The notes beneath the pieces were generated by a model. That model saw only the letters and a program-made list of their open reading frames with translations, ran no database searches and was not told the origin of the DNA. Of a stretch of DNA of 64,000 bases, positions 8,672-18,889 are shown piece by piece (the first letter of the stretch is position 1; each line of letters starts with the position of its first letter). The DNA is from an uncultured Candidatus Saccharibacteria bacterium (GTDB taxonomy: Bacteria > Patescibacteriota > Minisyncoccia > Minisyncoccales > CAYZYK01). The DNA is taken from positions 3,210 through 67,209 of the forward strand of contig CAZDPT010000003.1 of NCBI GenBank assembly GCA_964507665.1. Reading direction: 5' to 3'. The position numbers and the translations under genes are program-made.

Positions 8672-10399
8672 ATGAAAATAGAAACAATAAGGCATTCTCT
8701 ATCTCATATACTAGCTTCAGCAGTTCAAAAACTTTATCCTAAAGTAAAATTTGGGATAGGTCCTGCTATTGAAAACGGCTTCTATTATGATTTTGACTTA
8801 AATCAGAAGATAACACCAGAAGACTTACCAAAAATAGAAAAAGAAATGAAAAAAATAATTGAAAAAGGAACTAGTTTTAAAAAGAAAGAAATTTCCGAAA
8901 AAGAAGCAAATAAAATATTTAAAGAACAACCTTACAAATTAGATTTAATTAAAGAAATAAAAGCAAAAAAGATTACAATTTACAGAAGTGGTAATTTTAT
9001 TGATTTATGTGAAGGACCTCATCTAAGATCTACCAAACAAGTTCCTAAAAATGCTTTTTCTCTAACTAAAATTGCTGGAGCCTATTGGAAAGGTAATGAA
9101 AAAAACCCCATGCTAACTCGTATTTACGGAGTTGCTTTCAAATCAAAAAAAGAATTGAATAAATATTTTAAAAAACAAAAAGAGGCTAAAAAAAGAGACC
9201 ATCGCAAATTAGGTAAAAAATTAGACTTATTTTTGTTTGACCAAGAAATAGGAGCAGGATTACCTTTATGGACCCCGAAAGGAACTGTTATAAGAAAAAA
9301 TATCGAAGATTACTTAAGAGAAGAATTAAAGTCTCAGGAATACAAATGGGTCACTACTCCCCACCTGGGAAAACTTAAATTATGGAAAACATCAGGACAC
9401 TGGGATCTATACCGAGAAAATATGTATTCCCCCATTGACATTGAGGGTCAAAAATATGAAATAAAACCCATGAACTGCCCTTTTCATGTTAAAATTTACA
9501 AATCTAAAATCAGGAGTTATAAGGATTTACCTCTAAAATATGCAGAGTTCGGAACCGTTTACAGATATGAAAAATCAGGAGTGTTACATGGATTAACAAG
9601 AGTTCGAGGATTTACCCAAGATGATGCCCATATCTGGTGTACTCCAGCTCAACTGAGTCAGGAATTAACAAAACTTCTAAGACATGGTCTTAAGATTCTT
9701 AAAACTTTTGGATTTCAAGACTTTTCTATCTTTCTTTCCACTCGACCTGAAAAATATGCAGGTTCTATAAAAAAATGGAAAAAAGCTACCAGAACTTTAA
9801 AATATGTTCTTGAAGAATTAAATTTAGATTACAAAATTGATCCAGGAGAAGGAGTTTTCTATGGACCCAAAATAGATATTAAAATTAAAGATTCCTTAGG
9901 AAGAGATTGGCAATGCACTACTATCCAGGTTGATTTTAACCTTCCCCAACGCTTTGAAATAAACTATGTTAACAAAAACGGTAATAAAAAAGAGCCCTAT
10001 ATGATTCACCGAGCCTTGGTTGGCTCTCTGGAAAGATTCATCGGGGTTTTATTGGAACATTACAAAGGATCTCTTCCTTTATGGCTCTCCCCCACTCAGA
10101 TTTGGATAATTCCAGTTGGTGCAAAGCATAGAAAATATGCCAAAAGAATCACCAAACAACTTCAAGAAAAAGATTTAAGGGTAAAAAGCAAAACTGAATC
10201 AGAAACAGTAAGTAAGAAAATTAGAGAAGGTGAAATTCAAAAAATACCTTACTTACTAGTAGTTGGTGATAAAGAAATAAAATCAGATTCAGTAAGAGTA
10301 AGAGATAGATTTAAAGGAGATCTTGGAAAAATGAAAACCGATAACTTTATTAAAAAGGTAAAAAAGGAAATCAAACAAAAAAAGAACCCTGAAATATGA
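8672..10399 (+). CDS. thrS: threonyl-tRNA synthetase lacking the N-terminal TGS domain
   Basis: Starts at the editing-domain His motif (RHSLSHILASA). Class II core (RVRGFTQDDAHIW, FYGPKID) and anticodon-binding C-terminus; 575 aa. Confidence 0.93.
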   Translation: MKIETIRHSLSHILASAVQKLYPKVKFGIGPAIENGFYYDFDLNQKITPEDLPKIEKEMKKIIEKGTSFKKKEISEKEANKIFKEQPYKLDLIKEIKAKKITIYRSGNFIDLCEGPHLRSTKQVPKNAFSLTKIAGAYWKGNEKNPMLTRIYGVAFKSKKELNKYFKKQKEAKKRDHRKLGKKLDLFLFDQEIGAGLPLWTPKGTVIRKNIEDYLREELKSQEYKWVTTPHLGKLKLWKTSGHWDLYRENMYSPIDIEGQKYEIKPMNCPFHVKIYKSKIRSYKDLPLKYAEFGTVYRYEKSGVLHGLTRVRGFTQDDAHIWCTPAQLSQELTKLLRHGLKILKTFGFQDFSIFLSTRPEKYAGSIKKWKKATRTLKYVLEELNLDYKIDPGEGVFYGPKIDIKIKDSLGRDWQCTTIQVDFNLPQRFEINYVNKNGNKKEPYMIHRALVGSLERFIGVLLEHYKGSLPLWLSPTQIWIIPVGAKHRKYAKRITKQLQEKDLRVKSKTESETVSKKIREGEIQKIPYLLVVGDKEIKSDSVRVRDRFKGDLGKMKTDNFIKKVKKEIKQKKNPEI

Positions 10400-11994
10400 A
10401 AAAATTATCCCAACCAACAACAAAATTAATCTCTGATTATAAAAAATGGGCTCGAGGTCAAAAAAAAGAAGGTGAAATATCTACCTTGCATGTTGATGAA
10501 GTAGCCTCCAAAGTAGCTTCTATCTACGAAAAATTAAGAGAAATAATTGATTGGCGTGAAGAACATCTTTTGAGAAAAACAGCAATTGAAAGAATGCTAA
10601 AAAGAAATCTATTCTTAAAAAAGAAAGGAGGAGATATAGCCCGTAATTTAATTTATGAATTAATTAGAGCCGGCCATTTCCCCAACGATACCATTGAAGA
10701 ATCAAAAGTTGATGAGGTTCAAGGGTTAATAGATAAATATTTATTTATTCTCGAAAACTCCCCTTCCGAAAAGAATCAAAAAATACAACTTTACAATTGG
10801 CTGTCTGCAGTTGCTGCTTGTGAAGTAGAAGATCTTCTTTCTCCAAGAATAAGAGAAAAAGCATTAATTACTTTTATGTATAAATTAATGAAAGAAAGAG
10901 TAACCTTAGAAGAGAAAGCAATTACAATTAGAGGATTAAAAGAAAAAGAAAAAAACATCCAAGTTTTTATTGCTGTCCAACGAGCTCTTTTCAAACTCGA
11001 TGAATCTTTAATAACATATCATCTTCTTAAAAAAAGATATCCCAATTGGAATAATTTGGATCAAGAAAAACTTAAAAATATTTCTCAAAATATATACTCT
11101 ATCTGGGAAAAAATTGAAGAAGATTTATCCCACCCTTTGGGAGATAAGTTCTACGGAGTTTGTGAAAAATATGATACTCCTTACCTTCTGCTAGGTGATA
11201 TCCTCTCAGAAAATGCAATGAATGCTGAAAAAAGAATCTCAAATCCTGAAAATTTAGAAAGTTTAACAAAAAAACATTACAACAAAAGACTCTCCACACT
11301 TAAAAAAAGACTAGGTAGAGCTGCTTTCTATTCAACCCTATCTATCTTTTTGAGTAATGTAGCTGTTCTCCTAGCAATTGAAATACCATTAGTTCATTAT
11401 GTAACAGGACAATTTAACTTTATCTCAATTGGAGTTGATATTCTAGGACCGACTCTCTTAATGGCTTTTTTGGTTTTAACCATCAGGCCTCCTAAAAAAG
11501 GCAATCTTAAAAAGGTAATAATGGAAATGATGAAAATAGTTTATAAGACAGAAAGAAAAGATACCTATAATATAAAAACCTACCCAAAGAGAGGCTTTAT
11601 AATAAATACAGTAATAAATTTCTTTTATCTTATTTCTTTTTGTGCCTCTTATGGCTTGGTATTCTATGGACTTTATAAAATAAAGTTTCCTCCTTTATCT
11701 TATTTAATCTTCCTTGTTTTCATCTCATTAATTGCATTCGCTGGAATTAAAATCAGAGAAAGAGCAAAAGAACTACAAGTAACCGAAAAGAAAAGAAGTA
11801 TTCTAGGATTCTTCATAACTTTAATCTCATTACCAGTTCTTCGTATAGGAAAATGGCTCTCAATAAAATGGCGAAAATACAATGTATTAGCTGTTTTGTT
11901 TAGTTCTTTAATAGATATGCCATTTATGGCTTTTGTAAGGTTTCTGGAACAGTGGAGTTACTTTCTTAAAGAAAAAAGAGAAGAAATCCATTGA
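10396..11994 (+). CDS. hypothetical membrane protein (helical N-terminal half, ~6 TM C-terminal half)
   Basis: ATGA start/stop overlap with thrS. Hydrophobic segments from about residue 310. No family recognised. Confidence 0.6.
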   Translation: MKKLSQPTTKLISDYKKWARGQKKEGEISTLHVDEVASKVASIYEKLREIIDWREEHLLRKTAIERMLKRNLFLKKKGGDIARNLIYELIRAGHFPNDTIEESKVDEVQGLIDKYLFILENSPSEKNQKIQLYNWLSAVAACEVEDLLSPRIREKALITFMYKLMKERVTLEEKAITIRGLKEKEKNIQVFIAVQRALFKLDESLITYHLLKKRYPNWNNLDQEKLKNISQNIYSIWEKIEEDLSHPLGDKFYGVCEKYDTPYLLLGDILSENAMNAEKRISNPENLESLTKKHYNKRLSTLKKRLGRAAFYSTLSIFLSNVAVLLAIEIPLVHYVTGQFNFISIGVDILGPTLLMAFLVLTIRPPKKGNLKKVIMEMMKIVYKTERKDTYNIKTYPKRGFIINTVINFFYLISFCASYGLVFYGLYKIKFPPLSYLIFLVFISLIAFAGIKIRERAKELQVTEKKRSILGFFITLISLPVLRIGKWLSIKWRKYNVLAVLFSSLIDMPFMAFVRFLEQWSYFLKEKREEIH

Positions 11995-12026
11995 AGATTT
12001 AAAGCATAAAATAAGAATTACAATCA

Positions 12027-12046
12027 AGCCCCAAATGGGGTTCTTT
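12027..12046 (+). terminator. possible terminator after the 532-aa gene
   Basis: CCCC/GGGG-centred hairpin (12029-12032/12037-12040, extendable by G-U and A-T) with a weak T tract. Confidence 0.35.
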
Positions 12047-12093
12047 ACCTTGCTAGAATTAATTTCCAGAGAAAAATTATCTTATTTTAAATA

Positions 12094-13392
12094 ATGAAAT
12101 ATTTCATTAAAACCTTTGGTTGTCAAATGAATCAATCAGATTCAGAAAGAATAGCCAATGTCCTAGAAAATATAAATTACAAACCAGCCTCAAATATAAA
12201 AGAGGCTGATTTGATAGTGGTTAATATGTGTTCTGTTCGTCAATCTGCAGTAGACAGGGTTTATGGAATTTTATCAAAACTTAAAAAACAAAAGAGGGGA
12301 AATAAAACTTTACTTACCGGGTGTATTTTAAAAAGAGATAAAATAAAATTCAAAAAACATTTTGATTATGTCTTATCAATTAAAAGTTTAAATCTTTGGT
12401 CAGAATTCTTAAAACAACCAGGATATTACTATTCTCCTGATCCAAGAAGTAATGCTTTCAATGAAAAATTTGGTGCTGGCTATCTTAAATTCAAACCAAA
12501 ATATCAAAATGATTTTACTGGTTTTGTGCCCATCTCTACTGGTTGTAATAATTTTTGCGCTTATTGTGTTGTTCCTTTAGTTCGGGGTCCTGAAATCTGC
12601 AGGTCACCTTCTGAAATCTTAAAAGAAGTTAAAGATTTAGTAATTAAAAAATATAAAGAAATTTGGCTCTTAGGACAAAATGTTAATTCTTACCATTATT
12701 CTGGAAATAAAGGAACTGTAAATTTTCCTAATCTTCTTAAAAAAATAAATGATATTTCTGGTAATTTTTGGGTTCGATTCACCTCCCCACATCCCAAAGA
12801 TTTCTCAGATGAATTAATTAAAGTTATCTCAAACTCCCGGAAAGTTACAGAATATCTAAATTTACCAGTTCAATCAGGGAATGATAAAATTTTAAAGAAA
12901 ATGAAAAGAAACTATACTTCAAAACATTACAGGAACTTAGTTAAAAAAATAAGAAAAAAAATTCCAAATATTTCTCTTTCTACAGATGTAATAGTTGGTT
13001 TTCCAGGGGAAACAAAAAAACAATTCCAAGATACAGCTAAACTTTTCCAAGATATAGGATTTGATATGGCATACATTGCCAAATATTCTCCAAGACCAGG
13101 AACTGAAGCAGTCCAAATGAAAGATACAGTCTCCCAAAAAGAGAAAAATAGAAGAGAAAAAGTGTTAACTGATATCTTAAAAAAGACAGCTCTTCAAAAT
13201 AATAAGAAGTATATTAATAAAGAAGCAAAACTACTAGTAAACAAAAGGAAATCCTCTGAAATATGGTTAGGAAAAACTAGAACCCACAAGAATGTTCAAT
13301 TTAAATCGAAAAGTAATCTCAAAGGTCAGTTTATTAAAATTAAAATAACAAATGTCTCATCATGGGGTCTGAAAGGAAAACAAATAAATTAA
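12094..13392 (+). CDS. miaB: tRNA methylthiotransferase MiaB (radical SAM)
   Basis: MTTase N-domain (FGCQMNQSDSE), radical-SAM CNNFCAYC, TRAM-like C-terminus. Confidence 0.9.
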   Translation: MKYFIKTFGCQMNQSDSERIANVLENINYKPASNIKEADLIVVNMCSVRQSAVDRVYGILSKLKKQKRGNKTLLTGCILKRDKIKFKKHFDYVLSIKSLNLWSEFLKQPGYYYSPDPRSNAFNEKFGAGYLKFKPKYQNDFTGFVPISTGCNNFCAYCVVPLVRGPEICRSPSEILKEVKDLVIKKYKEIWLLGQNVNSYHYSGNKGTVNFPNLLKKINDISGNFWVRFTSPHPKDFSDELIKVISNSRKVTEYLNLPVQSGNDKILKKMKRNYTSKHYRNLVKKIRKKIPNISLSTDVIVGFPGETKKQFQDTAKLFQDIGFDMAYIAKYSPRPGTEAVQMKDTVSQKEKNRREKVLTDILKKTALQNNKKYINKEAKLLVNKRKSSEIWLGKTRTHKNVQFKSKSNLKGQFIKIKITNVSSWGLKGKQIN

Positions 13393-14306
13393 TCGCTATT
13401 GTTGGTCAGACAGCCACTGGCAAAACTGATCTTTCAATTAAGTTGGGGCTTTGGTTAAATTTAAGAAAATCTCAAAAGAAATTTGATATAAGGGGAGCTG
13501 AAATTATATCAGCTGATTCCCGCCAAGTTTACAAAGAGATGGATATTGGAACGGGCAAAATTACAGAAAAAGAAAAGAAAGGTATCCCTCATCATCTGTT
13601 AGATGTTGTTTCTCCAAAAGAAAGATTCACTGTAGCTAAATACAAGAAACTTGTTTCGGAGATAATAAATAAAATTTTCAAAAAAAAGAAAATTACTCTC
13701 TTAGTAGGAGGAACTCCTTTTTATATCAAAACAGTAATTGATGGTCTTACTATTCCAAAAGTTAAACCAGATTGGAAATTAAGAAAAAAACTTCAGAAAA
13801 AAACAGCTAAACAACTTTTCCAAAGATTAAAAAAGAAAGATCCCAGAAGAGCAAAAACAATTGATAAACATAATAAAAGAAGATTAATCAGAGCTTTGGA
13901 AATTATAGAAAAAACGAATAAACCTGTTCCCCCACTCCAAAAAAAAGAACCTGATTTTAATATTCTAATGTTAGGAATTAAAAAACCTAAAAAGAAACTC
14001 AAGAAACTAATTGCAAAAAGGCTTAAAAAACGTTTAAAAAAAGGAATGATTGAAGAGGTTAAAAAATTAAAAAAATCAGGGCTTTCTTGGTCCCGATTGG
14101 AAGAATTTGGCCTAGAATACCGTTATATAGCAAAATATCTACAAAATAAGTTGAAGTATGAGGAGATGGTACAAAAACTACAAAAAGAGATAGAACACTT
14201 CGCTAAACGTCAAATGACATGGTTTAAACGTGATAAAAGAATTCATTGGATTAAAACCTATCAAGAAGCAAAAAGACTCACAAAAGCTTTTCTAACAAAA
14301 GATTGA
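13362..14306 (+). CDS. miaA: tRNA dimethylallyltransferase
   Basis: P-loop GQTATGKT, ISADSRQVY, LVGGTPFY. 31-nt overlap with miaB. Confidence 0.9.
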   Translation: MGSERKTNKLIAIVGQTATGKTDLSIKLGLWLNLRKSQKKFDIRGAEIISADSRQVYKEMDIGTGKITEKEKKGIPHHLLDVVSPKERFTVAKYKKLVSEIINKIFKKKKITLLVGGTPFYIKTVIDGLTIPKVKPDWKLRKKLQKKTAKQLFQRLKKKDPRRAKTIDKHNKRRLIRALEIIEKTNKPVPPLQKKEPDFNILMLGIKKPKKKLKKLIAKRLKKRLKKGMIEEVKKLKKSGLSWSRLEEFGLEYRYIAKYLQNKLKYEEMVQKLQKEIEHFAKRQMTWFKRDKRIHWIKTYQEAKRLTKAFLTKD

Positions 14307-15759
14307 CTTTTTGAGGATCAGCCTTTCCTTTTGTCTCTTTCATAACTTTCCCTACTAAATATTGAAGGGCTTCTTTTTTTCCCTCTTTGTAATCTTTTAC
14401 TGGCCCTAAATTTTCTGAAATTACTTTTTTAACTATTCTTTTTAATCTCTTCTCATCAGTTATTTGAGTTAATCCTTTGTCTTTTATAATCTGGGAAGGA
14501 TCTCCTCCCGTTGAAAACATTTCAGAGAGAACTTTTTTTGCAATTTTACTTGAAATTTCTCCTGTGTAAATTAAAGTGCACAATTCTGCAAAATTTTCCG
14601 GGGTAATTAAAAAATCTTCACCAACAACTGAAGCTCTTTTCAGAAGGCCCTGAAGATCAGTTAGGATATAATTTTTGGCAAGTTGAACTAATTTTAGAAA
14701 TTCTTTTTGCTCCACTTTTTCTTTCCTCTTTTTCTCTTTTATCCAATTCCTCAATTCTGAAACTACTTTTTCAAAATATTCACCTAAATCTTTATTTAAA
14801 ACAAAAACTTCTATTTCTTTATCTTCAAGTTCGAATTCTTTTCTAAACCTTTTCCTTTTTTGTTGAGGTAACTCTGGAATTTCTGATTTAATCTCATTTA
14901 GAATCTTGGGGACTCCAAAATGTAATCGAGGTAAATCTGGTTCAGGAAAGTATCTGTAGTCATGAGCTTCTTCTTTTTCTCTTTGTGGTATAGTTTTTTT
15001 CTTGTTTTCATCCCAACCTCTTGTTTCTTGAATAATCTTTTCACCATTCTCTAATAACTCTTTTTGTCTCTCTATCTCATAATTAAGAGCTCTCTCAACT
15101 GCCCGAAATGAATTTAAATTCTTGACTTCAACTTTTGTACCAGATTTCTTACTCTCACCCAAACTTACATTTGCTTCAATTCTCATCTGGCCCTTTTCCA
15201 TATCAGCTGATGAAACATCAAGATATCTCAAAATAAGTCTTAACTCTTCAGCAAACTCTCTGGCTTCTTTAGCAGAATCCAAATCTGGTTCTGTAACAAG
15301 TTCCATTAAAGGAATTCCTGCTCTATTAAAATCAATCAAAGAATATTTTTTTTCTTCTGGATGAACTAATCTCCCAGTATCTTCTTCTAAATGAATTCTA
15401 GTAATTTTTATCTTCCTGTTCTTAATTTTCAAAAAACCACCTTGGCAAAGTGGCATATCATATTGGGAAATCTGATAATTTTTCGGTAAATCAGGATAAA
15501 AATAATTTTTTCTGTCGAATTTTGAATACTCTTGAATCTCGCAATTTAAAGCAAGTCCCATCTTAATTGTTTTCTTTACAGCAATTTTATTAATTACAGG
15601 TAGAGTTCCAGGATGACCCATACAGATAGGACATATATTAAGATTAGGGTGGCTTTCATCCGGGCCATTAATACAGGAACAGAACATTTTACTCTTAGTT
15701 TTTAACTCAACATGAATTTCAAGTCCAATTGTGGGAATAAGTTTTGTTTTTGAGATCAT
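14278..15759 (-). CDS. gatB: Asp/Glu-tRNA amidotransferase subunit B
   Basis: IGLEIHVEL and CPICMGHPGTLP motifs, GatB/YqeY-type C-terminus; 493 aa. Confidence 0.95.
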   Translation of the reverse strand: MISKTKLIPTIGLEIHVELKTKSKMFCSCINGPDESHPNLNICPICMGHPGTLPVINKIAVKKTIKMGLALNCEIQEYSKFDRKNYFYPDLPKNYQISQYDMPLCQGGFLKIKNRKIKITRIHLEEDTGRLVHPEEKKYSLIDFNRAGIPLMELVTEPDLDSAKEAREFAEELRLILRYLDVSSADMEKGQMRIEANVSLGESKKSGTKVEVKNLNSFRAVERALNYEIERQKELLENGEKIIQETRGWDENKKKTIPQREKEEAHDYRYFPEPDLPRLHFGVPKILNEIKSEIPELPQQKRKRFRKEFELEDKEIEVFVLNKDLGEYFEKVVSELRNWIKEKKRKEKVEQKEFLKLVQLAKNYILTDLQGLLKRASVVGEDFLITPENFAELCTLIYTGEISSKIAKKVLSEMFSTGGDPSQIIKDKGLTQITDEKRLKRIVKKVISENLGPVKDYKEGKKEALQYLVGKVMKETKGKADPQKVNLLLEKLL

Positions 15760-15776
15760 ATTTTAAAAAGTAAATC

Positions 15777-16448
15777 TTACTTTTTTCCTTTCACTATCTG
15801 AACACCACTACTTGTTCCTATAATATCTGCTCCTGCTTCAACCATCATTTTAGCATCTTTAAAGGTTCTAATCTTACCTGCTGCTTTAACTAAAAAGTCA
15901 TCCCCAACAGTCTCTCGCATTATCCTAACATGTTTTGCTTTCTCATCAAGTTCTAACCTATCTAAAGGATCTTTTTCGGTAGCTGTTTTAACACATATTG
16001 CTCCTGATTTTTTTACTAATTCTGATGCCTTTTTAACTTCCTTGTCTGTTAAATAGCCCGAGCCAATAATCACCTTTGTGGGTACTATTTCAGAAATTTC
16101 ACTTAGATCTTCTAAAACCTCATTATATCTTTCATATTTCAAATCAATAATATTCATTACAATATCAACTTCATCTACTCCATTTTTTTTTGCTCTTTTT
16201 ACAGTATTCAGTCTTTCTTGGTGCGAAGAAATACCCATCGGAGGATCAATTAAAACAACAGTTTTAACCTTTGTTCCTTTTAACTCTCTGGCAACTAAAT
16301 TTGCCCACTCTGGATTAACATCAACTCCCCGAAATCCATATTTCTTTGCTTCCTGACAAGTTTTTTTAATATCCTTCTCGGTAGCTTCTTTATCAATGTT
16401 AGTGTGATCAATTGTTTTGGCTATATTTTTTTTATTTATATTTTTCAT
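15777..16448 (-). CDS. deoC: deoxyribose-phosphate aldolase family protein
   Basis: IDHTNI...ATEKDI N-terminus and the VCVKTAT lysine context typical of the DeoC class I aldolase; 223 aa. Confidence 0.75.
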   Translation of the reverse strand: MKNINKKNIAKTIDHTNIDKEATEKDIKKTCQEAKKYGFRGVDVNPEWANLVARELKGTKVKTVVLIDPPMGISSHQERLNTVKRAKKNGVDEVDIVMNIIDLKYERYNEVLEDLSEISEIVPTKVIIGSGYLTDKEVKKASELVKKSGAICVKTATEKDPLDRLELDEKAKHVRIMRETVGDDFLVKAAGKIRTFKDAKMMVEAGADIIGTSSGVQIVKGKK

Positions 16449-16451
16449 ATT

Positions 16452-17066
16452 TTAAAAATTAGAATTATTTTTTAATATTTTCTTAATTTGCCCAAATACT
16501 TCATTAATTGGCAATTCACCGTTTACGGTTTTAATAATAGAAAATTTCTTAACAATTTTTTGAAAATTTTGATAAACTTTTTCTAACTTCTTTTTTTCTT
16601 CAAATAAGGTTCTTTTATCTCCTCTTTTTTCAATTCGTTCAAGGCAAATTTCAGGTTTAACATCCAAAAAGAAAGTTAAATCTGGCATCAAAAAATTATT
16701 ATTTATTTTAATCAACCAATTCATATCAACATCGACTCCCCCAAAAGCAAAAGAGGAAAAGAAATATCTGTCGGAAATAACAGTTGTTCCTTTCTTGAGG
16801 TTAGGAATTATAAGGTTATTCAAATGTTCTTTTCTATCTTCAGCGTAAAGTTTCTGGAGTTGTCTAGGAGAAATTTCTTTCTTCTTATCTAAAACTTCTC
16901 TAATCTTTTTTCCTGGTTCTGATTCTGAAGTCGGCTCTTTTGTTTTAACTACCTTCTCTCCTCTTCCTTTTAAATATTCTTTTAGAAGTTCTGTTTGAGT
17001 TGATTGCCCTGAACCATCCAATTCTTTAAAGACAATAAATTTTCCTGGAAATTTATTTTTAATCAT
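16452..17066 (-). CDS. tmk: thymidylate kinase
   Basis: P-loop-like ELDGSGQSTQ, DRY motif (ISDRYFFSS) and a lid region; 204 aa. Confidence 0.85.
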   Translation of the reverse strand: MIKNKFPGKFIVFKELDGSGQSTQTELLKEYLKGRGEKVVKTKEPTSESEPGKKIREVLDKKKEISPRQLQKLYAEDRKEHLNNLIIPNLKKGTTVISDRYFFSSFAFGGVDVDMNWLIKINNNFLMPDLTFFLDVKPEICLERIEKRGDKRTLFEEKKKLEKVYQNFQKIVKKFSIIKTVNGELPINEVFGQIKKILKNNSNF

Positions 17067-17172
17067 TTATTTTGATTAAAGATAATCTCTTAAGGCAGAA
17101 AAATAAATCTTAGATTATTCTTCAATAATTAAATTAGAGAAAAAATAATAATTCTCTTCGATCCCAAGAAAA

Positions 17173-17949
17173 TCAATTCAGATTAAACTTCTTCTTTGCC
17201 TCCTTATACATATCTTTATAGATATGCATACTAACTGAAAAGTGAGTGTAAGTTCCAGTTTCTACTCCAATTCCATCGGCAATATATTTCTGTAAGGAGG
17301 TTAAAGCATAAGCATTTTCTGGCCAAGCATTATATAAATCATTAGTTTTCATAACAACGAACATATGCAGTTTTCCATCTACTAATTGAGGGTAAACTAA
17401 AACTACACAGGGTGAGGAGGTATCTTCCCTTTTTGGGCCAAATTTCATAAGGTCCCTGTAAGGAATCCAGGTGTGCATAACGACCGTCCTTCGGGTGGGA
17501 TCTTTTTTTAATATCTTAATTGCTTTCTTTACCTGATCAATTCTTCGAACTACACATTTTTTTCCAGGAGATATTTTCTCTACCTCTCCCATTAATTCTT
17601 CCTCAGAATCAGTAATACTTGGTAAAAAAGCTCTTACTTTACAATCTGGATAATGGCGGAGTCTAGAGTAATAAGTGTAATCAAAACTATTTTCATTTTC
17701 TTTTCCCGAACCATTTATAAACTTATCAGCATAATCATCTGCCTGTTCTCGGGTAGTATTTGATTTTTCAGATAATCTAGGTTTAGAAAAGGGCTCTTCT
17801 ACTTTAATCATTAAAGGGAGATCTTTTGTCTCAACCTTATATTCAGGAGCTTGGACATACCTGTCATGCCCTTCTTTCATTATTAAACGACAGGCTTTCT
17901 CCCATCCTTCCCCTAAGGTTTTTGATTCAATTATTTTTGTTCTATACAT
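17173..17949 (-). CDS. thyA: thymidylate synthase family protein, short archaeal-like form
   Basis: SSPCVVLVYPQLVDGKLHMFVVMKTNDLYNAWPENAYALTSL aligns by eye to E. coli [42 protein letters not shown]. Catalytic Cys, DGKL and the dUMP-specifying Asn are kept. QRSxD is replaced by MKTND. Confidence 0.7.
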   Translation of the reverse strand: MYRTKIIESKTLGEGWEKACRLIMKEGHDRYVQAPEYKVETKDLPLMIKVEEPFSKPRLSEKSNTTREQADDYADKFINGSGKENENSFDYTYYSRLRHYPDCKVRAFLPSITDSEEELMGEVEKISPGKKCVVRRIDQVKKAIKILKKDPTRRTVVMHTWIPYRDLMKFGPKREDTSSPCVVLVYPQLVDGKLHMFVVMKTNDLYNAWPENAYALTSLQKYIADGIGVETGTYTHFSVSMHIYKDMYKEAKKKFNLN

Positions 17950-18001
17950 ATTAATTTTATCAACAGTAAAAAAATACTGTTATTTTTAAAAATTAAATTA
18001 A

Positions 18002-18889
18002 TTAATCATAAAAATCATATTCATCTCGACCTTTTTCTCCCTCTGGTTTTTCTTCTCCAATTTTCAAAGGAGAATCTTGGACATATTCCAAATTATTATG
18101 AAGAGCTATTTCTGCTTTTTGGAGTTCTTCTCCTAAATACATTGCATGCTCTTGGGTTTGTTCAAAATCTCCAATTAATTCAAGGTTGGCAATTGTTTTT
18201 AAAATCTTTTCAGCTTTATCTCCTACAATCTTGTTTTTTAGCTCTTTTTCTCTACTATAATGTTCAACAACTATTTTATTTCCTTTTTTGTTAATTGAAA
18301 TAAGAAAATATCCATTAGGATCAGGAATCCATTCAGGACAAGGATTAGCAGTTATTTCCTCTACTTTTTTAATTTTTATTTCCTCTGCTTTAAATTCCTC
18401 TGGTTTCATTTTTAGAAGTTTATTAATAACTTTTCCTATCTTCTCACTGTCAGTCTCTCCAACAATATTCACTGGAGTTACTTGTTTTCTAAATCTCCCG
18501 ACTATTTTTTTATTCAAGTTTCTAAGAAAGGGCATATTTCCTTTAGCGCCTATAATCTTTTTTTTCTCATCTATTCCTTTTTTAATTAAAGATTCTATGG
18601 CTTGGGAAACAAAATGACCTTTAGAAACTCTCCCACAAAGAACTAAATATCTGAGATTAAGATTTGAAACTACATTTTGAATTATTTTTTCAATTCCAAT
18701 ATTCTCTGTAACACATTTCCCCCAAATAGCTACTTTTTGAGGATCAATTTCTATTTCATCAATACTATAATTAGTACAGACCGCAACTCTTGATTTCTTG
18801 TTTCCTACCTCATATCTTCCTTCAACTGGAGGCCAATCTTTAAGATTTTCCTCGGAGTTCTGGTTTCTATCTTGATTATTTTTCCTCAT
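18002..18889 (-). CDS. MtrA-like (corrinoid-binding-domain-like) protein with DUF4346-like C-terminal half
   Basis: The N-terminal half recalls methyltransferase subunit MtrA (WPPVEGRYEVG, VAVCT, CVTENIGIEKII, LRYLVLCG, KGH, RFRKQV). The C-terminal ~110 aa (PNGYFLISI...EHAMYLGEELQKAE) recall DUF4346. 14-nt overlap with dcd. Assignment is from memory of the family, not a search. Confidence 0.55.
   Translation of the reverse strand: MRKNNQDRNQNSEENLKDWPPVEGRYEVGNKKSRVAVCTNYSIDEIEIDPQKVAIWGKCVTENIGIEKIIQNVVSNLNLRYLVLCGRVSKGHFVSQAIESLIKKGIDEKKKIIGAKGNMPFLRNLNKKIVGRFRKQVTPVNIVGETDSEKIGKVINKLLKMKPEEFKAEEIKIKKVEEITANPCPEWIPDPNGYFLISINKKGNKIVVEHYSREKELKNKIVGDKAEKILKTIANLELIGDFEQTQEHAMYLGEELQKAEIALHNNLEYVQDSPLKIGEEKPEGEKGRDEYDFYD

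Noticed and set aside
18288-18617. Antisense 'shadow' ORFs inside well-supported genes. Examples are 386-571, 670-987, 1334-1678, 1947-2333, 15122-15364, 16078-16356, 18288-18617, 25791-26051, 42111-42425, 54149-54448, 61910-62200 and 62157-62399.
   Set aside because: All lie opposite or out of frame to genes with clear family motifs. They are Phe/Leu/Ser/Ile-rich low-complexity translations of A/T-rich coding sequence and have no independent signals.
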